Assembly: GCF_964355755.1 (NCBI RefSeq)
Contig: NC_092670.1
Location: 37,622,388 to 37,686,387 of the forward strand
From: Antedon mediterranea
Taxonomy: Eukaryota > Animalia > Echinodermata
DNA: 64,000 nt
Direction: 5' to 3'
Positions 38,999 through 53,058 of this stretch are shown one piece after another. A program made the translations under genes and the position numbers. Every line of letters begins with the position of its first letter. Position 1 is the stretch's first letter. The notes under the pieces are model-generated. The model had not been told where the DNA came from, did no database searches, and saw only the letters and a list, made by a program, of their open reading frames with translations.

Positions 38999-39307
38999 CA
39001 AAGAACTTATAACACAAGAATCTCCTGTTCGTCCGAAGCGCGTAACAATTTTGCTAATAGAGCTAATGGGTGGCGCCATTGTGAGCCATGGAGTAGGGCG
39101 CCCGCATCAAATTAGAAAGTCAAAATCATAGAGGGGATCTGCTAATACTCTAGGGGGGATAGAGTAATTGACTTCCTAGTTTGGAGGGGGCGCTGCTCCA
39201 TGCTGTGAAATGGCGTCGCCCAGTTTGACCTTTTAACCCTGTACTTCCGATACTCTGTTTTGAATGCAAATTGAAGAACAGGAGATTCTTGTGTTATAAG
39301 TTCTTTA
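38999..39307. mobile_element. MITE with 31-bp perfect TIR and 7-8-bp TSD (P- or hAT-like)
   Basis: AAAGAACTTATAACACAAGAATCTCCTGTTC (39000-39030) is inverted at 39276-39306; CTATTAT on both flanks. Confidence 0.85.
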
Positions 39308-40809
39308 CTATTATTATTATTATTATATTTAATACTGTTTATATGTTTGGTTTTTTTATGTTATTGCGATAATATTTGTATGTCGTTATATACTACTTGA
39401 CTATTTTGTCATTTTCATGAATTAGTTTTTTAACAAAATATATGTTTCAAAGTTGTCTATAATATAATCAATATTGTAATTTTAATACAATTTATTTAGT
39501 TTAATATTTATTTTTTTAATATTGATGTAGAATTCTAAATACAGTAATTCCTCCTCTTTTTCAATCGTTATGTTCTTCTAAATATATCAGTTTTTTTCTA
39601 AATAATTTGCTTAAATATATTTACATATCCATGTGTAAATTTCAATTTGATTGGTTGCTAATGTGTCCTGGTGGTTTCTGATTGGTCCATTTAAATTAAA
39701 ACCAGTATTTTGATGAATGGTTTCACAAGCTCATCTCATAAATGATTCACAGATCTATGCACTGAGTTTTGGTGCTTATATAATTATATGAATATTAAAA
39801 TTAGTTATTTGTCTATAAACAGGTGTTATTTTGACCCAATTACCTTTGACATTATTGGCATGCCATACCTGTTTAAAATTTATATCTGAATAATACAATT
39901 TTTCAAAATATAAAGGTCTTTCGTTATTTGCCATATCATGATGCTAAATTATTTCCGACTAGTCAAATAGTTTTACTAAAACTATGAAGTCAAAGTTCCC
40001 TTTTTATGCCTTGCTTTACCATGTATATATAATGTTACTATTTTATTTTATAAGTATTTATGTAATTTAGTGTTATAAACAAAGTTGCCAAATTAGTGAT
40101 ATTAAATGAACCTATTTGCGATGCTCTAAAAGAGTGTCAGAAGTGTGTCCCAAGCAGACAATAACAGCATGGAAGACGGTCCTCATTTAAATAAATTGAG
40201 TTCCAAGATGGAGATTACTGTATGTACATTTATAGAGGTTAATTGGGATGATAACTGCATAGAGAGATACCAAATTATACACACATAAAAACCTGAAAAT
40301 ATCATATGATGTTCTATGTTTTGTAAACTTCATTTTATCCTGAATATAGCACGCCCTCTATAGATTTCTACCTCGCTTATTGTCAACTGTGAAATTATAG
40401 AGGGCCCTATACCAAATTTGTAAAATGTATAATTTTGATAGCAGAGCAGCTTCTATTGTCACAGATTTGTATAGTGTAAAAGTGTTATATTATTATTGAG
40501 TGTTGCCTGTTGCATTATATAGCAATTGTCACTTCTTATTATTAGTACTAATTATGATGATTATTGTTATAATTAGAGAAATGTGTAATATACAGCTTTC
40601 ATATTTTTCAATATTAAAACCGTCTTTAAATGAATTTGATGAAATAAATGTATCTAATGGCGTTTCATTATTATAGTGTTTCAAAGAATGTTAATAAAAC
40701 AGGGATACGTTTTATAAAATATTATTGTTAGTTTTTTTTTATTAAGAATTCAGTGTGCAAAATTGAAAATTAGTGGATGTGCGCAGTGTGATAAAGGAAG
40801 AAATAATTA

Positions 40810-40971
40810 AGCTTTTTTTGACAAAAAAGTGTTATGTGCCTAAATATGGTACCGGTAGTGATATGCCCAAATATGGTAGTGATATGCTAAAAATATGGTA
40901 GTGATATGATGTCATCATGTCTATATATGGGCACATTTTGTCACATAAAGTTTGATAGTGTAGACAGAGCT
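40810..40971 (+). mobile_element. MITE family A copy, intergenic
   Basis: TTA TSD, partly deleted left TIR, three repeats, intact right TIR. Confidence 0.85.
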
Positions 40972-41337
40972 TTACTTTTTTTATTATAAATCTATGCATC
41001 TAAAACAATCAAATTCTATTTATAAATTAATGTACCATTGGTTGTTGAAACCTTAATGATCAATTGAAAGGAATTTGAATTGTTGTGACCTTTGTACTTA
41101 TGCTGATACCCATCAAATAAAAACAATTCTAAACGTTTGCAGAAAAACTTTTGGTGAACAATTTAATCAAACTAAATAACTAAATAAACATTTATAAAAA
41201 GTCTTTCTCCAGTTATCATAGTCATCTTTAATTTATTTAAGTTAAATTTCTAAGTTAAGAATTTATTATATTTATCTTTTCAACAAGTATAGTTCTCTAG
41301 AAACATGACTGGCTTGTAAATATAAAAGAGATGTTAA

Positions 41338-41659
41338 AGATGTATTGTCCCCTGAAAACTAAGTCAAATAAGCCATTTTACAGTTTTAATAAAGTTATTT
41401 AATTCTGTAGAAAAAAAAATAACACAAATAATTCTTTCACTTGTAAAAAGACAAAAGAACGTTAACCCAAATTATTGTCTGACAGGCAATTTAAGTACAG
41501 TTTTTTTTTTACTTTAAATTACATTTTTTCAGGTAATTTTTTTTTTCGATCCAGTTTTTGGTCAAAGTGAATAACTATTATGTGACATTAAAATGCCATA
41601 TTTAACAAAAAATTAAATAGCAAAAAAAATTGTAGGGGGGACAAATTAATACTGTATCT
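41338..41659 (+). mobile_element. MITE family C copy abutting the integrin promoter
   Basis: TTAA|AGATGTATTGTCCCC ... GGGGACAA...TATCT|TTAA; colinear with 11301-11622. Confidence 0.85.
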
Positions 41660-41699
41660 TTAAAGTTTGGTGCCTCAGCTCTCTTCGAATGCCTGCCGT

Positions 41700-42106
41700 C
41701 ATCATAATTTTTTGACCCCAGCAGCGTGTCATCCAACGTCAGGTGCACTGGAGCGAGACTAAATAAATCAAATATTTCAATCATTCACTTCGCAACGAGA
41801 AGCGAAGCGAGAAGTAACAGTTGGAGCTCTTGCATTTTTGCAGTAAATAGCCGATGTAGCCTAGTCTAGGGCTTAGAAACTTTGATATACTTCGGACATA
41901 TATAGTTTTATGTATTGTGTATGTGGTCATTTGTAAGCGTCTGTTGCTGAGTATTAAACTATTTCGCTGAGGAAAGAAATTCATCAAGTTATTTTCATCC
42001 ACGTTGTGTTGTTTGTGTTTTCTTCGTACATGCCTTCAATTACCAGCTGACTCCGTGGCGTGAGGTATTTCTTCTAACCTTTATCCGGCTGGCGCCCAGT
42101 TCGAAC
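41700..42106 (+). promoter_or_regulatory. Putative promoter / 5' UTR of the integrin alpha gene
   Basis: CpG-containing, GC-raised stretch before the ATG; TAAATAAA at ~41760 and Inr-like TCATTC at 41781. Confidence 0.45.
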
Positions 42107-42339
42107 ATGGAAACCGGTCTCATATTTTGTAGGACTATTTTTCTTATTTTTATTTTTCATGAAAGGATTTTAATAGCAACTAGTAACAATGCAGATTATA
42201 ATGATTATAGTACAAACTTATTAGAGGTTCGTCTTCCGATGGTTAAAGTCGGGCCTCCAGGAAGTTATTTTGGATTTTCTGTTGCTGAGCACAGGATAGA
42301 CAGTGCAACTCCTATACCTGCTGGTGGTACCGAAAGTGT
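42107..42339 (+). CDS. Integrin alpha subunit, first coding exon (signal peptide plus start of first FG-GAP repeat), PS1/ITGA3-6-7-like
   Basis: aacATGG start; hydrophobic IFLIFIF; LEVRLPMVKVGPPGSYFGFSVAEH resembles the N-terminus of alphaPS1-type integrins; donor gt|gtaagt at 42340 (phase 2). Exon 2 was not found in the window. Confidence 0.85.
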
Positions 42340-45300
42340 GTAAGTATAGTTGTGTACTTTTAAATTATTATTAAATTAACTGTAATAATTGAGAAAACAG
42401 TTTCATCTGGTTTCAAACAATACTAGATAAAGCTTGTATGCGTTAAAATCAAGACAGTTTTGTTGAACTGATTAGTCTTTATTAATTTGAGAAAGAAACT
42501 GAACCATCCAACATTTCTTTACCCATTATTAATAATCAATAATAATATAAAACATATTTGTGGAAATACATGGTTTTACAAATTTTTCGTAACTCATCAA
42601 TCATGATTGATACAGTAATTTTAGTAAAGTATACTGTAATCCCACCCCCTAAAACTGAATTTAGGCAATTAAAACACACAACTTGGTATTTTTGACTTTT
42701 ATAATAAATCACACCCCACTAATTATATTTTCCTAAAATGTCATACCCAGACCCCATACTAACTAGGTCATGTGTTAATATTAATATATCATAAAATTAA
42801 TATGCATAATTAATAATTTAGGAGACAAGTATTTTCATTGGCCTTTCTTAATTATGAATTACAATGTACTTGGTACTAGCATAGCTAGTGTTTACAACCT
42901 ACACGTTCCATTCCAGTAATAAACTAGCTCTTGAACCTTCTCTTGATCTTCCATCTGCAGGGTATTGTAAAACTAAAGTTCATGGTACAACAATGAGTTT
43001 TATACCACAAAAGACTTAATTACTAGTCAGCTATTAAAATAACATAAGAAATGCATCAACTGTGAAAACTCTAAATCATATGTTGTAATTTGAGACGTGT
43101 CACTTTATACAACTTACGTTAAGCACCCGTTAGGTTGATGCCATGTGGGGCATAGCAAAGCCTGAGAAAGTATGGATTGTATTTTTCAATTTTGGGTTAA
43201 TAAAATTACAATGTGATACCCAGCAAGTACAAAATTAAACTGTTTTAACATGCTCGCTTTTTGTTTTTTCAATATACTGTGTGTGTGTGTGTTGGCTGAA
43301 TGTCTTTTATTGATAACAAGTAGTACAACAAACGTATTTTAATAGTTACCTTTCTGATTCAGTCAATGGTTCCATTTGAAGAGACCAATAAGATGAAAAA
43401 AATTAAGGTTTACAAAATTTTCCTCCCTTTCATCTCTTTTTAGCAGAGAAGTTACAGTGTACCTGGCATTAATTCTATGGTTAAAACACCGTACATTGTG
43501 CCCAACTGTACGTTTTTCATTTTTCATTATCAATTCTCTTTACTAGTCATATTACACCGAAAATGGTCCATATCCACATGAACTTCTTGGAAGTAACTGT
43601 TAATTCAGTTTACACCTATGTTTTTCCTTCATCCCTTTTCCTTGTTCATAATATTATAAAGTTCATATAAGATTAAACTGAATCAGTGACACAAGTACTA
43701 TTGTACTACAGTATTGAACATACAGGAGGTTCTGTTGTTCTAATTTGTTGCATAGTGTTTTGATAAACATTGCACAGTGTATGTAAATATTTGCTTATTC
43801 ATCAATGAATAGTAAAAAAGACTATATTTTGTAGAGAATTTCAGTAGGGTCCAAAGTTCGACTAATTTATATTCAGATGCTGAGTGAGTGGAGAAGAGTC
43901 TAATGCCCTACTGTGTTATTTAATTGAAATTTGTATTATTACCAACTGCATAGTAGCTCAATGTTTACAGTACAGTAAGATTTCATTCTACTTCTAGCCC
44001 AATTTCCAATGTCTCTAAGAAACCATTCTGTGGGCTACTGTATACTACTGTTCTTATCAACTATCTTGCTTTGTCCAAGCATGAAGAAAGTTTTTTTCCT
44101 CTCTTTAGTGGCTCGAACTACCACTTTTATTCATTCATTCATTCAACATGAAATGATTAATATAAGTAATCGGTATAATAATATATAGTTAGTAATATTT
44201 GTTGTAAATCTACAATCTTCATAGAGAAAGTTAACTTATTAAATTTCTCCATGGTCTAAGCTAACTTTAATTGCCAACAATGTATACGGTGACTAGGTAG
44301 GCTTAATCTTTACAATCAAAAGACCAAATTCTTCACACATAAATGTTTACTCTTTTGATTCAGGATGTTGATAAAAGATAAGATACATTTGTGTTGAGTA
44401 ATAATTTCAAGATTTTCCCAAAACAAATATTTATTACACAATTGGTCTCCCAAGAGTTCCAAAAGAACATAACTTAATTCAAAGTAAGAACAAATAGTTT
44501 TTCTCAATAGATTCCCTGCAAAAAGTAAAACATTCTCTAAATATTTTAGAAAAACTTTTAGGTTTTTAGGCAGGTCCAAAATGAGAAAGTGTAATATCAA
44601 AATGAGTTTAGACATTTCTCCAAGTAATGACAGAAAACATTTCAAAATAGTTTTTGTTTCCATGTTTTTCTGTACTTTTAACATCAAGCTACATTTCTTG
44701 TTCCTGCACATCCATAACTCGTAAATTTTCAACTGTAGCCCACTTCAGACATTGAGGAATTTTGCACTTGTGACTTTTTCACATACTTTAGGGAATACCC
44801 ATATTGTTTACTAAATATGAACTTTGACCTCAGCTGTTGGTGTGTATTTTAATCTAACTTCACTGACTACATTGGTGGTGGATAAAAACATTGTTATTAC
44901 TTCAATTCATTACAATACAGTAGATACAAACTGGAATAGAATTTATTCATCTGAAAAATTTATGGGAAAATACTGATTTGCCATTTTGTTGTGATTTGTT
45001 TAATTTAGTTGCTGTATGTAAACAAGATTTTTCCTACTTTATCATCACTATATAAAAAGCAACATACTGTAGTTTGGGTAAAATGTTTCATCAAAACAAT
45101 ATGAACTCAACAGTTGTTTCGTCAGAGCTAAAAATCATCATGACTTCATCAGTTGATTGTTGCTTGCAATACAAATCAATCATGACTCAATTTACTGCCT
45201 ACTTTTTTATTGTTATATATTCCCTCTTCTGGCGTTTTTGCCTTTTTAAATCATACTATATTGTGTACAGACAGTAGTGCAGTCTTCCACCACCCATTTT

Positions 45301-46624
45301 CTATTTCCTATTAAAAAGCACTCTACAGTTAAAGAAAAATGAATACTCATTGGCAAATGGTTACTGTACGACCACTCTTTGGTCACCCAAACCCACCTCT
45401 GTCCTTGGAACTGTCTGTACAATATCTAATTATATGAAGCAGTAGAAAGAACTACAGTTATTAACTACAGTATACTTTGTACTGTAGTAAATACTGTAAT
45501 GTGGAGATTAACCACTACAATACCTGGATAATTACAGTACTCTAGTGCAGTATTGACAACACTGTACAGTACTTAGTACTCCTGACAATTGACATGTTAT
45601 TGTTAGGGTGGGTAAACAAGGTTAAACCACTTTTATTGCATTTTAAAGAGTTCAATAGTTGATACTTGATTGTTATTACATCAACTTTTTGTTGTAAATT
45701 TTGTATCCTAATAGTATAATGTAGGACTAAGTGCTTGTAATGTTCACAGCAACAATGAAAAGGGAAGTTGTCTTTACTATGCCTTTGACCCATAACTTTT
45801 TATTTGGGCCAACTAATATGATCTAGCAAATAAAATAAAGTATAATATAAATGTTAAAACTAAAAGCTCCTTTGATAGCTGGATTTAGCCTGTTGTTAAT
45901 TAAAATATACAAAATATCCAGTATGGCTCTATGATGTAATAGAAGTCGCTATCCTCTAGATGGCATCCAGGAAGAAACTTCTGTGTTGAAAAGAGGGGAT
46001 CGGTGAAAAGAAGGAGGAGATTAATGTTTTATTTCTTTGACATACAGTACTTTGGCTGACACTGAGTGATAGACACTGAGCATATAATGGCAGAATAACT
46101 AGGCCATGGGCAGCTGTTACACCTCCCATCTAAATCAGTTCACAACACACGCAATACAGAAGTAAGTTACCATGGATGGATATGAATCGCTCTTATGATG
46201 CATTCAATGAATATGAAAAACCTCTTATTTGTTCTACTTTCCAAGATTCCATATTTACCACAATAGTGTGAGTCTAGCCTGGTAATAAACAAGTTTTTAT
46301 TGGGGAAAGACTTTAGGCTAGGAGAACGTGTTGATAGTTTGTTGTTTAATTTCCACTTGTTATGTGTCTTGTTAGGGTCCATAGGGAATGAAATGATGGC
46401 CTAACAAAGGTTAGCAACCATACTTAAGGTGTGTGATTGACAGACCATTGAGACATTACTGTATTATGACCTCTCAGTCTGAAATTCTAGACATCACTGC
46501 TTGGGTAACCTTTGAGTTGTTAAAAGTACAGTAAACATGACTTCACATAAATTTGTGGTTTCAGTTTTGTGTTTTACAAAAAGTTGATTCTTTCAAAAAT
46601 GCCTTTACTAAACATGAAGTCTAA

Positions 46625-46768
46625 AGCCTTGTCTACACTATCAGACTTTATGTGACAAAAAATGTGATGTGCCCATATATGGACATGATGATGTCATATC
46701 ACTACCATATTTGGGCATATCACACTTTTTTTGTCAAACTATTTTGATAGTGTACAGTAGACAGTGCT
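46625..46768 (-). mobile_element. MITE family A, inverted
   Basis: Both TIRs; one 21-bp unit. Confidence 0.85.
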
Positions 46769-49700
46769 TTAAAAAAGAAGAAAAAACTGTAATGAACCAC
46801 TTGAAATTTTAACACTCAAATTAAGCCATTTTTACAGTGAGTTTTGTTTTTTGGAGATTTTTTTTTTTTTGGACTGAACATAAAAATGTCCCGATAGATT
46901 TAATTTGAGCTGGAATAGTTTCAGCAGAAGCCATGGTGTGAAGTATACAATATTATACCCAGTCAACCAATATTCTCCTTCATAACATCCACATGGGGTC
47001 CGACGATGCATTCCAATGATAACGAAAATCTGAATTCAAGCAGGTTTTTAGAGTCATTTTCGTTTTTATAATGGAGTTGGTATGCTAGTTTGTTTTTCAG
47101 GGCGTGAAAACGATTATGGTTCCAGAATGTATTTTAGTGAGTGGAAAATGACTACAATTCTGTATTGACTGTAGATGAATGATATTGTAAAGCAAAACAA
47201 ACTTTTAACTGTGGTAACTTTAATCACAAACTATAAAAAAGCAGTTTTAATATAACAGAATCTGAGATACTTATTTCACTACAAAAAATATAGACATGTA
47301 AAGTCTAAAATTAACTTGAGGGCACTGCTCACAGAAGATACAAATATCTTGGATGGGCGTTCAAAGTGTAACTTTCCATTTCTTCCCTCGGAAGGGAAAA
47401 GATCTGTGTCAGTTTATCCAGATCTGGTAAATCATAGACTAACAAAACTTTATTCAGTATAATTGTATTATTTTTTATTATCTAAGTATTTCTTAATTGG
47501 TCAAAGTAAATCTATTTGATTACCAACTTACAAATTACAGTACAATTGTGGTAATGGTAATAATCATCATTGATTGAATAAATCACTGTATATTTAAAGC
47601 TTAATTTCATTTCATTCATCTACAATACTACTCTACTTTTCCAAGGTCATTAACCTAATTCATTTATTGACGTCAATAAATTTTTTCAATAATGGCAATA
47701 TTTGGTAGGATGGTCTAGTACAATAATTTCATTAGATAAAAAGGTGAAAAAGTGCCATTAATCACTCAATTTCAGTGTAATGTATATTTGCCTCACAAAA
47801 TGTGTGGACAAATTCAATTAACAGTAACACCAAAGATGATATCAAATACTGTATCATCAATTATGCAATCTTTCTTGAGATTTATTTACTGTAACAATAG
47901 GCGTACTGTTTCCATTTTTTAAAAAATTATAAATACAAATTTTGTTTAAAATGTTCCGATTAGATTAAAGGAAAGTGATGGGAAGTTGACAGTTGTTGGT
48001 ATTGTATGCAAGATCTGCTAACAAAAACAATGAATTCATGTCTGCGTAAACATGGGAAAAGGTTATGGTTTTATGGACAAGTACAAAATAGGACATTCTT
48101 CTAATTTGTTAAACTACTCTAGTTAAATAGTCCTTCTACAGTAGGCTATATTATAATTAATGCATGTGAAGAAGTACAGGACTTTAACAGTTAGAGGGAA
48201 AATGGCAAAATCAGCTCTGTGTGGTCATGTTACAAGAGTTGTCCAAACAATAAAGAGATTATCTGATAAAAATCCTAGAAAGTATGAAACCTTTTGCCAT
48301 TTTCCCTCTGAAACTTGAAGTAATGCTAATCAAATGTCACGGCAGTACGTCTATTGAACATGATCCCTTATTGCGCAAAATCGTGTCTCATACCAAGATC
48401 CTGGTAACCGATCCTATAAGTTAAACCTACTGTGTGGAATTCAGTCTGTAAATTAATCACTACTGTACACTACAGTGTATTATTGCAGTCATGATCCATG
48501 CCCAAAATAGGCCTTTCATTTCTTACCTTGATTGGGCTTGGTAGAATGTGTTTTTTAAATGTGGTAAAGAACATTCAAGGGGTTAAATGTCAAAGGTGAA
48601 AGAATTAAATATCTAAAGTTTTCTTTCAACAAAAGGTTTTTTTTTATTTTTTTAAAAATACTGTTTAATAGTTTCAGATAGAAACATTCCTGTAAGGTTA
48701 TTGCAAAACATAAACATGATATATTTTCTTAACTTTCTGATAACTTTCATTATATATTAGTTATTTTCATAGTGCAATATTGAAAGTCATCAAGTCCATA
48801 CAGTTATTACCTAATGTTATACTGAAGCCATTGTCTTTCCTTTCAAACTGAAAAATATATTACATTATTAATATACAAATATTAATTATGCATCTTACTT
48901 ATCTATTATTATAAACTTTAATATGTTTACCCGAAGATGACTGTTTACCTACTGGTTATGTATATATTTTTAGAGGTTTTTTCTTTTCATTTTTTATCTG
49001 TATTTTTAAATATCATTTTAGTCAAGTCAAATTTAATAAAAATTTAATTTCTTTCTGATTTCATTATGCTGTAAATAACATTGTCATGTTTTAGTTTGAA
49101 ATTTGGAGAAGTTTAGTTTCACCAGTTGTCTACATCTATCAGATCTAACTGCAGACATGACCTTGCAAGTTTGGGTCAGTTTGTTTGCTGAGATTAGCAA
49201 GAATAATTTTGACTTCTGCTAAATGAATTTATATTATTTGTGGACTTCAGATCACAAATACCATAATCCTAAAGTACAGAATTTCATTGAGATAATTTGT
49301 GTGGAATGTACAATATTTAACTAGTAATGGATAAATTAGATTATTTTTAGTCTCTGTCATCGCAATACTATTTATTACATAAGGCCTATAGAAACTTTAT
49401 GAGTCTTTTATTTTAAGCTTACAGTAATAGTAATTTGACCAATCATAAGTAACGAAAAAATTCAAACTGTTGAATTTTGTACGAAGAAAGCTTACTTTAA
49501 AACAACATTGGCATCTAATTACCATAAAAAATTAAAAGGAAGTGAATTGGTGGCTTGTTGGCTTGCTCGTTTTGGTATCAGGGTTCAGGAATTGTACACT
49601 AGCTAGACACTGTATTTCATATTTAAAGTTTTATTCTCTTCTGAGATAATGTATATCTCGGAAATATTAATTTTACAGTAATAAAAAAAAAGGGGGTAGA

Positions 49701-50305
49701 AAATTGCAATTACCAATATATTGAATAGTACATACATTTAATTTACTTTTTTGGTCTTTTTTAGCAATTTGTTTTGGACAAATGCGTAAAATAATAATTG
49801 TAATCTTCATAATAAGTTCATTTAAACAGAAGTGGATACTAAGTGTTTAAATTAATAATTTACAAATTCATTAGCGTTATTAGTATACCATATTTTTGTT
49901 GATGAATTTAGCAGACTTGTGCCCCAAATTGGGAAATTTACTCTACTATAGTATTAATAGCTTTCATTTTCGAAATACAGAATTTAAAACCACTATACAG
50001 TAACATACAATATTAGTTTAATTTGCTGTACAAATACAGATCAATCCAGCATGTGTATACTGTACCTCTCTGAATTCAATAACTACAATACAGTCCAACA
50101 ATGCTCTATTGGTATTATTGTTGATTGACTGATTCAGATTTTTGCTATGCAAATCAAATTATTTGTTAATAGTTTGTGGTTTAATTTGCGAAATAATTTT
50201 CTAATTCAGAAATTAGATTTGAATTAACATCTGTAAAATTCACTATTGATGATAGATGATCATATTCTTTTTTATTTTATTTTATATAGTATTGTGTGGT
50301 TCTAA

Positions 50306-50456
50306 AGCTTTGTCTACACTATCAAACTGTTTTGACAAAAACAGTCTGATGTGCCCAAATATGGTAGTGATATTCCCAAATTATGGTAGTGATATGACAT
50401 CATCATTTCTATATATGGGCACATTGACACATTAATTTGATATTGTAGACAGAGCT
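50306..50456 (+). mobile_element. MITE family A copy
   Basis: TAA TSD, both TIRs, two units. Confidence 0.85.
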
Positions 50457-51835
50457 TAAATTTGAACATTTGAACTTTTTCCCACCTTTCATAACATCTT
50501 CCTAGATTGACATCAAACCAGTGTCTACTAATTTAACATTTTCAATACTGATTAAATTTATTCAAATATATTCATGTATTCCTATGTGTGCTGACTGTGT
50601 GAATAACAAAAGGACTGATGGATAAATACTATTCCATTAGTGTTGATTGAATTACCATAATTTGATTAACAAATACTGAAATTAATACATTACTAACTGT
50701 ATTTTGAAAATGTACAATTTACATTAATTACTTACAGGGTACTGATGAAAATGTCTTTCTTGATTAAAAGTGAAGTGTACAAAATAAACATTAATACAGT
50801 ACATTTTGTTGCCAGCAGTCAATTATAAGATTTATGGCCAAATTGGGCATAAATCATCTTCTTTTTTTTTTTTTAAGTATGTTAATTGTTTTTGTAGAAA
50901 TTTGATAATTTACAGTACTGTGGTGGTAGTGTATTTGTTTATTTATTTGAATTATTTCAAAGTTATTTCCATGATTATAAATCAAAATGTACTGTTTCAG
51001 TGGCCAGACAATCATTGTCATGAATTTCAGCCGACAATGCATATTTAGTGCCAAAAATGCATTGTATTCAAGTAATCTTGCCACATTTAATCTAGTATCA
51101 AAATATGATTTTAACACAATCTATTTTATAGAGCACTGCATTTGCTAGTTGTTAGCAGGTTATTTTAACACCTTTTCAATAATGCATGCCTTATCACCCA
51201 CTGTACGCCATGTTTGCCACTTACTGTGCTCATTCAATTCCGATGTATTTCATAGTACTGTATAGATATACCGGACTCGTTTCTGCAGAATTATTTTTGT
51301 TTTGAGTATGATTATTTTCTTTTCTGATTTGCTTTTCACACCCCTACAATCAAACCGACAATCATAACAATTTGATTGTTTGCGATTACACGGTGGAGAG
51401 AACAATATCTCGCCATTCGACAAATTTAACAGTTACTTCAGCTTGAATAGTTCATTTGAAATGCTTCTCTTCATATTTCTACCTGGAGTAGACTACTTGT
51501 CTAGTCGTTTGGGAATTTATTAATTGTAAACAAGAGAATTAATTGATATTTAACTCATTAAAATATGAGTTCACATAACTGGTATTTATATAATGAATTA
51601 ATTAACTAAGATTAATCAAAAACACTGTCAGGCTGGAGTCATATATTCTCTTAATATGGAAGTCTCTTTAATTTTCTTTAATTCTTCCTTCTCTCCTGTT
51701 TCAATATTCAAACCCCTACACTCTAAATCCACCATAATTGTTAATTTGGCCCTTAAGGACTGATCCATTATCCAACGGGGGATGTGAAAAAGTTAATTTT
51801 ATTAATGTTCTTCTTTTCGTAATGTTTACTGTACC

Positions 51836-51923
51836 TCTCGTCGGAGTGAGAGTCTTATGTTGGTTTATCCAGGTAAGCGGCACTCATAGACTACCAACAC
51901 CACTGTTGGTTTGTGTATTTTTT
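51836..51923 (+). repeat. Dispersed repeat fragment shared with 62898-62988 (SINE-like)
   Basis: Shared GGTTTATCCAGGTAA...GCACTCATAGACTACCAACACCACTGTTGGTTTGTGTATT. Confidence 0.7.
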
Positions 51924-52524
51924 ACAGAAGAGGTTACCCATTATAAAGAATAAATAAATTAACAAAGAAAAGTATATTATTAATTGTAATTGACAAAAAA
52001 AACAAAACATCATAATGAAAATTAAAAAGTAACAGGAGAGCATGTTGTTGGTATTAAATAAGTCAGGAAAAATGACAATCCAATTATAATAGAGGCTTTG
52101 TCATTGTAATTTTAGGAGTTGACTTTCTTTCTAATAAAATAGTTTAGTACCTACTGTGTACCGTGAGAATAAGTACATATTCTATTGATGATACCTAGTC
52201 ACTCTGATTCTTTGTATAATTACCGTACTGCATACTAAACTCTTTTAGAAATCAAACTGTAAATGGTGGAATATCTTGGAAGACACCAGTATGTTGGATA
52301 GAAGGAAATCTCTACTTACAGTTTTTAGTTTATTTTATTGAGGAAATAAAGACCTGAAATTGACACCTTTAATAGGTAACCAGATATTATTATAGAGTGA
52401 ATCAAAAATTGTTTTTTTTAGATGATATATTAAATCAAAATTGTTATTTTTGTTTAAAATATATTAAATGATATTTACATTGCTATAAATGAATCTCAAA
52501 ATATTCAATGTTGAAAAACTTTAA

Positions 52525-52641
52525 AACATGTTTTTTTTTAGTGAAGTGATTAACTTTATTAACACTACAAAATAACCTATTCAAAGTCTGATTTAATTAA
52601 TTTTGTTTTAATTTTTCATGTTTTTGGAGGACAATACATCT
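52525..52641 (-). mobile_element. MITE family C fragment, inverted
   Basis: Reverse complement matches the family C left end; TTAA follows. Confidence 0.65.
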
Positions 52642-53058
52642 TTAATAATAATAGATAAAATATCTTTTTTAATCCATATTTTTTGTCTACGGAAACATGG
52701 CCATTAAATGAAAATGTTTCATCAGCAGCTTTTCTAGAACAAGTCAGAACAGTGTGAAAAAAAAATACTTTGTACAGTAGAGAAGATTCGTTGAAGATAA
52801 TCTTCTACTTCTTCTAAAATGTGATAATTTCTGTAATTCATACCCACAGTTGCCGAAAGTGTGTATCGATTATTATGACTCACGCTATAGGTTTAATTAG
52901 CATTGTATTCCATTCCGTAATCATATCGATGAATCTCAATTTGTTCACACTTCATCCGTCCCTCAATATATTTTATGATGTGATTTTAATTGTTTTATGA
53001 ACTGTATCATGCATTGTATGGTAATGTACAGTACAGTACAACACGTAAGAGAATTTTG

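Larger units (their letters stand above)
37114..40698 (+). other. Putative 3' UTR of the RhoGAP gene; end uncertain
   Basis: AATAAA candidates at 37236, 40190, 40643 and 40693; U-rich sequence; the true end cannot be fixed from DNA alone. Confidence 0.4.

Noticed and set aside
44316-44732. 138-aa minus-strand ORF
   Set aside because: Non-ATG start, AT-biased composition and no clear domain or splice context; at best a decayed LINE fragment.
48193-48309. ~17-bp inverted repeat (AGAGGGAAAATGGCAAAA)
   Set aside because: Single occurrence with no clear TSD; probably a decayed MITE that cannot be classified.
50741-50800. Candidate integrin exon 2 after cttacag
   Set aside because: The translation lacks the expected LLVGAP FG-GAP motif.
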